DNA of 64,000 nucleotides from a virus (Duplodnaviria; Caudoviricetes): IMG/VR virus record IMGVR_UViG_3300037587_000358, positions 1,719 to 65,718 of that record; one strand, 5' to 3'. Shown piece by piece: positions 57,488 to 64,000 of this stretch (position 1 is its first letter; each line of letters starts with the position of its first letter). The notes under the pieces were generated by a model. It saw only the letters and a program-made list of their open reading frames with translations, ran no database searches and was not told where the DNA came from. The position numbers and the translations under genes were made by a program.

Positions 57488-58351
57488 ATGAAGAGGAATC
57501 TATTTTTACTTTGCATTATCAACATGCTCTTGTTGCTCGGATTGCAGGGACAAGCGTTTTCTATTCCTGGCTGGCTGGGTTCGTCAGCATTGCCAGCAGA
57601 TGTTTATCTTGAAATAGCAAAAGGCAATGTTCCAGGCCATAGTATTTTGCATAAATTTGGCCAAGGACAAGTAACTACCTCTCTTGCTCCCATTACGGTT
57701 AGTAATCAATACATGACTCCAACCACTGCCGTCGCCCTTGAAATAGTCTCAGACGATGTAAATGATACCGCAGCCGGGACGGGGGCCAGAGAAGTCACTA
57801 TCATTGGCATTGACGCAAATTATGATGAAGTGATCCAGATAATAGCAACTAACGGTTTGGCCGCAGTAGCTATCCCTATCGATCTCTTAAGGGTTTATAG
57901 ATGGGGAGTCAGCGCAAGTGGCACATATCCCAACATAACCACTGGAAGTCATGTTGGGATTCTGACCATACGGGTTGCCGCTGCTGGTGCTACATGGTCT
58001 CAGATAACAGACTCACCTTACCCAGCAGGCCAGTCTCAAATAGGAGCCTTTACTGTGCCTGATGGTTTTCGAGCATATCTCCTTGCCCAAGACATAGATG
58101 TTGACAGCACTAAATCAATAGATGTTATTATTTTCAAAAGAGAAGGTATTGACATAGTTTCTGCTCCGTTCACGCCAATAAAAACCCTAGTACATTATAT
58201 AGGATTGACTGGTTCTAAAGTTACCAGTCTGGAAATACCGTCTAATGTCTTTCCTGCTCGTACTGATCTTGGATACATGGGAAAGGTTGCTTCCGGGACA
58301 GCAGACGTATCAGTTCATTTTGAAATATTATTAATCAAAGACGGATATTGA
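57488..58351 (+). CDS. Virion-like beta protein with signal peptide (paralog 2)
   Basis: MKRNLFLLCIINMLLLLGLQGQAFS|; colinear with paralog 1; both end LLIKDGY. Confidence 0.75.
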   Translation: MKRNLFLLCIINMLLLLGLQGQAFSIPGWLGSSALPADVYLEIAKGNVPGHSILHKFGQGQVTTSLAPITVSNQYMTPTTAVALEIVSDDVNDTAAGTGAREVTIIGIDANYDEVIQIIATNGLAAVAIPIDLLRVYRWGVSASGTYPNITTGSHVGILTIRVAAAGATWSQITDSPYPAGQSQIGAFTVPDGFRAYLLAQDIDVDSTKSIDVIIFKREGIDIVSAPFTPIKTLVHYIGLTGSKVTSLEIPSNVFPARTDLGYMGKVASGTADVSVHFEILLIKDGY

Positions 58352-58374
58352 TAGCCTTAACGAAGGAGGTCATT

Positions 58375-58515
58375 GTGAAGTTTCTTACATTTAATTTTAT
58401 AAAGGCGTTGGCAGCTTGCCTGGCAGTGACAGTGATTGTCGTTGCCAGTGCCACCCCAGCAGTTCAGTGTTGCTGCCGATGCGTAGTCTGTGTCTGCGCT
58501 TGGTGCAGATGTTAA
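58375..58515 (+). CDS. 46-aa peptide: hydrophobic leader plus Cys-rich core
   Basis: SD AAGGAGG, GTG start; MKFLTFNFIKALAACLAVTVIVVASATPAVQCCCRCVVCVCAWCRC; fills the gap between genes. Confidence 0.7.
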   Translation: MKFLTFNFIKALAACLAVTVIVVASATPAVQCCCRCVVCVCAWCRC

Positions 58516-58527
58516 AGGAGACATGAG

Positions 58528-58710
58528 ATGAAGTATGAAGAGTATTTAAAAAGCGATCAGAAGAAAAGCGAAGATCGGATATTTTTGGAGTTCAACAGAA
58601 GACATGGCCTTGACGACGGCCGAGATCACATACGTGCTACCCAGGGCGTGATTAATTCAATATTAATCGTAGTGGCCATTGGAGTGCTTGTATGGGCGTG
58701 GTTCTTTTAA
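58528..58710 (+). CDS. Small membrane protein
   Basis: C-terminal hydrophobic helix; SD AGGAG. Confidence 0.6.
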   Translation: MKYEEYLKSDQKKSEDRIFLEFNRRHGLDDGRDHIRATQGVINSILIVVAIGVLVWAWFF

Positions 58711-58721
58711 TGGGAGATACA

Positions 58722-59012
58722 ATGCTACGGCCTAAGACCGAACGCTATCCATGGAAATGCTTTTGTTGTGAAGGCATTTTTGATAGCATGGACGAGCCAG
58801 CAGTTATTTGGGTTACGCCAGAAGCAGAAGTCATGTTTGCCTGTGAAAGCTGCGAAGACCAAACCCATGTCGAAGACATTACGTGTGAGGCCTGCTTTAA
58901 TATATTCACAGCAGTTTATCACGACGATCACGAAGAAGTAGTTTGTACCTGCGGTCACATCCATATTTTATGGGACGACGAAGATTGTAATTGCGATGGA
59001 GAATGCCCATGA
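58722..59012 (+). CDS. Acidic Cys-rich (Zn-binding) protein
   Basis: Several CxxC/CxC motifs; SD GGAG. Confidence 0.55.
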   Translation: MLRPKTERYPWKCFCCEGIFDSMDEPAVIWVTPEAEVMFACESCEDQTHVEDITCEACFNIFTAVYHDDHEEVVCTCGHIHILWDDEDCNCDGECP

Positions 59013-59021
59013 CACAAACGC

Positions 59022-59050
59022 TTGACATTTCCTGTGGGAATTGATATGGT
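59022..59050 (+). promoter_or_regulatory. Sigma70-like promoter, leaderless gene start
   Basis: TTGACA-N17-TATGGT with TG extension; ATG 6 nt later. Confidence 0.65.
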
Positions 59051-59056
59051 AAACAA

Positions 59057-59314
59057 ATGATTGACGAAAACGACATTGCGATAGCCAGTACAGATGTTTT
59101 GATTCAGGCGTTAAAGGATCGGCATCCAGAAGGCTGCATCATCGCCATTCAACATCCTCAGCATGAAATCAGGTCGAGCGGGAATGACTGGCGTATCTGC
59201 TTCAAAGGCGATAAACTTGTCACGTTGAAGCTTGCAAGCTTAGCTGTTTGGATGCATCAACAAGAATTTATGAAGGGCATGGAAGGAGACCAACATGAAG
59301 ATATCGAGACGTAG
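59057..59314 (+). CDS. Hypothetical protein
   Basis: 85-aa ORF at predicted TSS. Confidence 0.6.
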   Translation: MIDENDIAIASTDVLIQALKDRHPEGCIIAIQHPQHEIRSSGNDWRICFKGDKLVTLKLASLAVWMHQQEFMKGMEGDQHEDIET

Positions 59315-59693
59315 TTTTTTAGGCAAATCATTAAAGACAATGGCAGTAGCCGCATTGGCTCCAGTCATTGTCCCTCTTATCAAAACAAAATCAATTACAG
59401 CAAATCCCGTGCCACCAGTGCAGGATAAAGGCGAGGTCATTAAAGTCCGCAAATGGAAAGGCATTGAATGCAATGACTATTCTCCGCAAATCACTATCCA
59501 GGACTACAGGCCTGGGGAAACCATTGAGTATCAAGGCCTTGGCAGATACCCGTCGTGCAAGTCATGCATGTACAATGCTAAGTGTACATGCAATAGTAAG
59601 GAGTTTCAAAGCGCACTGGAATACTGGTCACGCAATTTACAGGAAAGGCTTTGCAAAGAAACTTTTCTCTCTTCAAAATCTTTTATAGGATGA
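59295..59693 (+). CDS. Twin-arginine-signal protein with capsid-like segments
   Basis: SRRSFLGK followed by a hydrophobic stretch; SD AAGGAG. Confidence 0.7.
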   Translation: MKISRRSFLGKSLKTMAVAALAPVIVPLIKTKSITANPVPPVQDKGEVIKVRKWKGIECNDYSPQITIQDYRPGETIEYQGLGRYPSCKSCMYNAKCTCNSKEFQSALEYWSRNLQERLCKETFLSSKSFIG

Positions 59694-59697
59694 TACC

Positions 59698-60318
59698 ATG
59701 GCAAAGACAATAGTAGTAACGATTCATGGTCAGGCAAGCGTCGGCTTAAACATGTTCGCTCTTTCGAAGAAGCTTGATGCGGAAGACTTCATGGACGACT
59801 GCGAATTCATTAACATCAGATACACAAGGCTTCCAACCATAGTCAATACCCTGCCCTGGGCAAGGACTATGACCGCCAAGTATGTTGCTGCAAGGCTGGA
59901 TGCTATTTGCGCCAAATACCCGGGAGCACGTATTATCGTTATTGCTCACAGCAACGGTACCCGTGCTACACGCATAGCAATGGACATGCGATATCATCTA
60001 AAGAAGAAATGGCCGCTGTTCTGGATAGACGACCTTATATTGCTTGGGTGTCCGATCAAACGCAATTACAAGTGGAGCCAGCATCCAACAACTAGTGTAA
60101 CCAATTTTGTTTCGGAAAACGACCTCGTTGTATGGGCGGCGAAATTCTACGGCATGGGAACTGCCGGAAGGAATCGCTTTAAGTACCCGGCTGACAATCT
60201 TAAGCAAATACAGGTCAGGTGGGGGCATTCCGGCTTTATGGAGCAGTACCCAATTATAGCAGATGTCATGCGATCAATTGTAGGAAAGGAGTCGCTTCGC
60301 AATGGTACAAGAAATTAA
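59698..60318 (+). CDS. Alpha/beta hydrolase-fold protein
   Basis: TIHG oxyanion loop, IAHSNG nucleophile elbow, ND.VV and GH motifs. Confidence 0.75.
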   Translation: MAKTIVVTIHGQASVGLNMFALSKKLDAEDFMDDCEFINIRYTRLPTIVNTLPWARTMTAKYVAARLDAICAKYPGARIIVIAHSNGTRATRIAMDMRYHLKKKWPLFWIDDLILLGCPIKRNYKWSQHPTTSVTNFVSENDLVVWAAKFYGMGTAGRNRFKYPADNLKQIQVRWGHSGFMEQYPIIADVMRSIVGKESLRNGTRN

Positions 60319-60502
60319 AAATACCGCAATAGGTGTTAAGCGAATGGGGGTAATCCTCTGGTGCGTGGCAGCTATTTGTGTTATTGTCTGGATGGCAAAG
60401 CCAGCTACAGGGGCGGTGCCTACTCCGATTGTACTCGCCGCTTTGACGATTGTTGGCACATTAGGCGGCATTGATAGATGGAGGCAGATAAAGGATGTCT
60501 GA
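60302..60502 (+). CDS. Two-TM holin-like protein
   Basis: Two hydrophobic helices and a charged C-terminus. Confidence 0.5.
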   Translation: MVQEIKNTAIGVKRMGVILWCVAAICVIVWMAKPATGAVPTPIVLAALTIVGTLGGIDRWRQIKDV

Positions 60503-60710
60503 AAAAATAGACCTCATAGTAAATAAACTTGCAGAAACATGTTACGTAGATCAACTGCGTAGCGATGTAGCATACCATAAGAAGCGTGAGATTAAAAATA
60601 TTCTTATGGCATTTCAGGGTATAATCATTGACGAGCAAAGAACCAAGACAAGAGACCTTGAGCGGAGGCTTTATATCGCCGAGAAGGCGGTGGCCGATAG
60701 TAAGTTATAA
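60495..60710 (+). CDS. Hypothetical protein
   Basis: SD GGAGG; 71 aa. Confidence 0.5.
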   Translation: MSEKIDLIVNKLAETCYVDQLRSDVAYHKKREIKNILMAFQGIIIDEQRTKTRDLERRLYIAEKAVADSKL

Positions 60711-60733
60711 CCCTTAGTTGGAAGGAGTTGTGT

Positions 60734-61165
60734 ATGAGCAATGACCCGATAGGTAACGAAATGTACAAGAGCCTTGAGTTGTTCGTAGAGCATGTCGAAG
60801 CCCATGAAAACTTAACGATGGTTGGAGAATTTGAAAATGGTAGCGGGGAGACTATTCTTGTAGTTGAGGATTCAAGTCTTGCGAAAGATGCAGAAGGCCA
60901 TCAGTCTGAAATTGACCTGGCGGAAATCTTTTCAGCCATCAAAGATAAAAAGACGTCGGAGCGATTCGTAGCAGTAGTCGCCCGTGAGGAAAATCCGATC
61001 AAGCTCAATGGTATTACCAGGATTGTTGGCTATTACAGTCGTACTAATAACTGGAACAAGAGCAAGATCGGCGAGCTTCGAGATCGTGCAAATGGCCAGT
61101 ACGGTACAGGTAAGTTCAGTGAGCAGTATGCAGAAGAGCGCATGGGCGTAATAAATAGCCACTAA
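60734..61165 (+). CDS. Stand-alone NrdD C-terminal (glycyl-radical) domain protein
   Basis: ITRIVGYYSRTNNWNKSKIGELRDR matches the class III RNR C-terminal motif. Confidence 0.75.
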   Translation: MSNDPIGNEMYKSLELFVEHVEAHENLTMVGEFENGSGETILVVEDSSLAKDAEGHQSEIDLAEIFSAIKDKKTSERFVAVVAREENPIKLNGITRIVGYYSRTNNWNKSKIGELRDRANGQYGTGKFSEQYAEERMGVINSH

Positions 61166-61220
61166 GACTTTAATTTCTATCTAACCTTATAAATAAAACT
61201 TTAATCAAGGGAGTTGAGTT

Positions 61221-61592
61221 GTGACTAACTACTATTTTAATAAAAATATTGCCTGTGTTTTTGTGTTAATGTTGACAGTCAGTCTCTTCTCCTTTGGTTG
61301 TAGTTCTACGAAATCATGGCAGAAGCGTACCATGGTTTCGTATCAAGCCGCTGGGGAAATACTTAATACTTCTAAGCCGATATTGATGGCGATGTGCGCA
61401 GACGGCACTTTGGGTGATGCTGATTGTAAAGAGGCACGCCATGCCTACAACGAGGCAGTAAGTCTTTATAAACTTTTAGGCACTACAGCAGTCATGGCTA
61501 TTGATATTGATGATCCAGGCTCATATGAAACCATGCAAGCCCAGCTCAGGGATCTACTGACCCTGTTGGCCGACTACACTGGAAGGAGATAG
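61221..61592 (+). CDS. Lipoprotein (lysis/spanin-like region)
   Basis: Hydrophobic leader and lipobox-like FSFGC. Confidence 0.65.
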   Translation: MTNYYFNKNIACVFVLMLTVSLFSFGCSSTKSWQKRTMVSYQAAGEILNTSKPILMAMCADGTLGDADCKEARHAYNEAVSLYKLLGTTAVMAIDIDDPGSYETMQAQLRDLLTLLADYTGRR

Positions 61593-61593
61593 C

Positions 61594-61756
61594 AATGGAA
61601 GTAAAAATGATGATACCACTCATAGGAGAGCTCTTGGCCCTTGGATTCAAGCTCACTGATTTAATAGCAAAGTCAGAGAGCATTAGCGATGACGACAAGG
61701 AAGCAATGAGGGCCGAAATATTGAAAGCAAAAGACGGCGTTACCTTTTGGGAATAA
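61594..61756 (+). CDS. Small helical protein
   Basis: SD AAGGAG; MEVKMMIPLIGELLALGF...VTFWE; coordinates approximate. Confidence 0.5.
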
Positions 61757-61766
61757 CCTATCGGGG

Positions 61767-62300
61767 ATGGCAATTAAGATGTTGTTTAGAAAAACCAGAG
61801 ACATAATAGTAGAAACTGCTACGATAGTTAAAGGCCTCAAAGAGGCATTTGCTGGACATGTTAACGACAACAGGACAGATATTGACGGCCTCTATAAGGT
61901 TATCAAAGAATGCCATGAAACCTGCCCGGAGTCAGACCGGTTTAATGATTATATCAAAGATGCCAATGGCACACTGAAGCGCATAGAAGAGAAGTATGAC
62001 GACTACCATAAAGCTGCAAAGGAAGCCAAAAAGGCAGTGGAGAAACGGCAGGATGATTACTTGGCTAAGCTGCAAACCATCAAAGATGAAGTCAAGGGAA
62101 TGACGCAGGCAAAGAAAACTTTCCGGCAAACCATGGGAGACATAGGCAAGTTCGCAGGATACATTATTCTTATTGCTGGCTTCGTATTTGGTATTGTAAG
62201 ATATTGCGAAGTAAAGAAAATAAAGGAGGACGTGAAAATTGAGAAACTACTTAAAGAGCTTATTAAAGAGAGAAGGGTTGAAAAAGAAGACAGGGGTTAA
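61767..62300 (+). CDS. Coiled-coil membrane-anchored protein
   Basis: Heptads plus one C-proximal TM helix. Confidence 0.6.
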   Translation: MAIKMLFRKTRDIIVETATIVKGLKEAFAGHVNDNRTDIDGLYKVIKECHETCPESDRFNDYIKDANGTLKRIEEKYDDYHKAAKEAKKAVEKRQDDYLAKLQTIKDEVKGMTQAKKTFRQTMGDIGKFAGYIILIAGFVFGIVRYCEVKKIKEDVKIEKLLKELIKERRVEKEDRG

Positions 62301-62341
62301 TAATTTTTGTTGACAAGTCGTTATATAGGTGATACATAGAT

Positions 62342-62551
62342 ATGAATGACACGGAAATGATTGCCATGCAGGCAAGGAAAATAATAGAGATGGAGGCTGA
62401 GATTGCTCAGCAAAAAGACCAGCTCCACCGGATACGGATGCAGTTGATTTGTTGTGGGGCACCTTTAAACGACAACTTCTTGAAGTACAGCAAGGAGCAG
62501 TTAGAACCTTTTGGAAAGATACAGGACATATTAAATGGTTGCGTTGATTGA
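62342..62551 (+). CDS. Hypothetical protein
   Basis: 69 aa; TTGACA at 62310 upstream. Confidence 0.55.
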   Translation: MNDTEMIAMQARKIIEMEAEIAQQKDQLHRIRMQLICCGAPLNDNFLKYSKEQLEPFGKIQDILNGCVD

Positions 62552-64000
62552 ACAAGAAGAGGGAGAGGAAGAGACACCGGAGGAAGCAAAGCGCAGGAAG
62601 GTTCAGACCCGGCTTGCGAATGACTATCTCTATTACGCTCCACGCTGCCATAAGATCAACAATAAGGCTGGCCAGCTCGTGCCGTTCAAGCTGAATGAGT
62701 CTCAGATATACGTCTACGGCTTACTCAAAAAGGAGCTGGAACGCAAGGGGTATATCCGGGCCATCATGCTTAAGTGCAGGCAATGGGGTGGCTCCACCCT
62801 TGTAGAGTCTTGGTTCTACCATAAGATCAGCTACCGCAAGGGTAAGCGTGCCGTCATAATGACAGAGGCGGACATGAGTAGGGATAACCTATTCAACATG
62901 GTAAAGACCTTCCACGAAAACGCTCCGAAGGCGGTAAGGCCAATGACCAGGGCGAGTAACGAAAAGGCGTTGATATTCGACACGCCAAAAGGAAGTCCGG
63001 TAAAAGGTTTGCGCAGTAGATACGATGTTAAAACGTGCGAGTCAAAGGGTGGGCTGGGTATCACAACCCACTTTATACATTTGTCGGAATACGCCTTCTT
63101 TAAGGATGCCAGCTTAAATACCGTGGCCGGACTCCTTGAATCCGTGCCTTCTGAATATCCGGCGATTCTAGGCACCCAGATAATTATAGAATCAACAGCC
63201 AATGGAGTAGGTGGCATCTTCTATAATACCTGGAAGGAGTCAGAACAGCAAGAAGCAGAGGGTAAAATTCCTGAGTATCTTAGGATTTTCATCCCTTGGT
63301 TCTTTCATAGTGAGTATAAAAGAAATCCAAGTGAGGCCGAGTTAGAAGAAATTAAGAGGACATTATCAGATGACGAAGAATGGTTACTTAAACAGGAGCT
63401 ACCAAGCGGCGCAATGGTCTCGTATGCACAGCTTAAGTGGAGGCGTTGGAAGATCAGCACGCTCGTTCCGCCTGTTGGCTTCTCAAAAGAAGAGTTCTTT
63501 AAGCAATGGTATCCCGCTACGGCAGAGGAGGCCTTTATCTATTCCGGCAAACAGGTCTTTCCCGCGAGTGAGGTTCGGGCGACTCTTGAAGAGTGCTACT
63601 CGCCAATGCTCGTTGGCGATTTTAATATGCATACCGGGCGTTTCGAGAAAGACCCGAAGGGGCTTGTTAAAATTTGGGAGAAACCCAAACCTGGATGCAA
63701 GTACGTTATTGGTGGAGACGTTGCGGAAGGCCTGGCGAATGGTGACTTTAGCAGCATAGATGTTCTTAAGCTCCCATTTGGCCAGCAAGTGGCTCAGCTA
63801 CATGGCAAGATAGATCCCGACACATTAGGGGAACTGGCCTACCATCTTGGCGTATTTTATCACAAGGCTCTTATGGGAATAGAATCTAACAACCATGGAC
63901 TCACGACAATTACTGCTCTTAAGAAAAAGAACTATCCGAACCTGTACCAGCGCGAAAAACTTGATGCAAATGCCGACGGAAAGAAGACGAAGACGGCTGG
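62535..64000 (+). CDS. Terminase large subunit (3' truncated)
   Basis: Open frame to window end: F.LN.SQ, LKCRQWGGST, HLSEYAF, ESTANG, FIPWF, QWYP, IGGDVAEG...GDFS, IESNNHG. Confidence 0.93.
   Translation, partial: MVALIEQEEGEEETPEEAKRRKVQTRLANDYLYYAPRCHKINNKAGQLVPFKLNESQIYVYGLLKKELERKGYIRAIMLKCRQWGGSTLVESWFYHKISYRKGKRAVIMTEADMSRDNLFNMVKTFHENAPKAVRPMTRASNEKALIFDTPKGSPVKGLRSRYDVKTCESKGGLGITTHFIHLSEYAFFKDASLNTVAGLLESVPSEYPAILGTQIIIESTANGVGGIFYNTWKESEQQEAEGKIPEYLRIFIPWFFHSEYKRNPSEAELEEIKRTLSDDEEWLLKQELPSGAMVSYAQLKWRRWKISTLVPPVGFSKEEFFKQWYPATAEEAFIYSGKQVFPASEVRATLEECYSPMLVGDFNMHTGRFEKDPKGLVKIWEKPKPGCKYVIGGDVAEGLANGDFSSIDVLKLPFGQQVAQLHGKIDPDTLGELAYHLGVFYHKALMGIESNNHGLTTITALKKKNYPNLYQREKLDANADGKKTKTA

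Noticed and set aside
1-64000. Stop-codon reassignment
   Set aside because: Standard code gives dense, intact ORFs including a 14-kb gene; TAA, TAG and TGA all end genes.

Overview
The window is most of a tailed dsDNA phage genome with podovirus-like gene content. It opens inside the portal gene and ends inside the terminase large subunit, so little of a circularly permuted genome is probably missing. Gene order: portal, scaffold, major capsid gene, head-tail adaptors, an initiator-like tRNA(CAU), tail genes, a 4751-aa polyvalent DarB-like protein, then replication/recombination genes, a leftward early operon, a lambda-O-type initiator, TerS, a dif-like site, a run of signal-peptide-bearing virion-like genes, lysis-like membrane genes and TerL. 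The capsid gene is split by two group I introns around a 29-nt micro-exon, and the first intron encodes a LAGLIDADG endonuclease. The primase-helicase carries a class 3 intein. No integrase, DNA polymerase, reverse transcriptase or CRISPR array is visible. The most unusual observations are: (1) tandem capsid introns whose frame is restored only if splicing is shifted 1 nt from the canonical group I rule; (2) an exported-protein cassette between TerS and TerL, including an unannotated 46-aa Cys-rich peptide and a Tat-signal protein with capsid-like segments; (3) copies or fragments of structural genes outside the structural module, which may be decoys; (4) a TnpV-like gene nested out of frame in the giant DarB-like gene; (5) a dif-like Xer site. 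All family assignments come from motif recognition by eye, not database searches.
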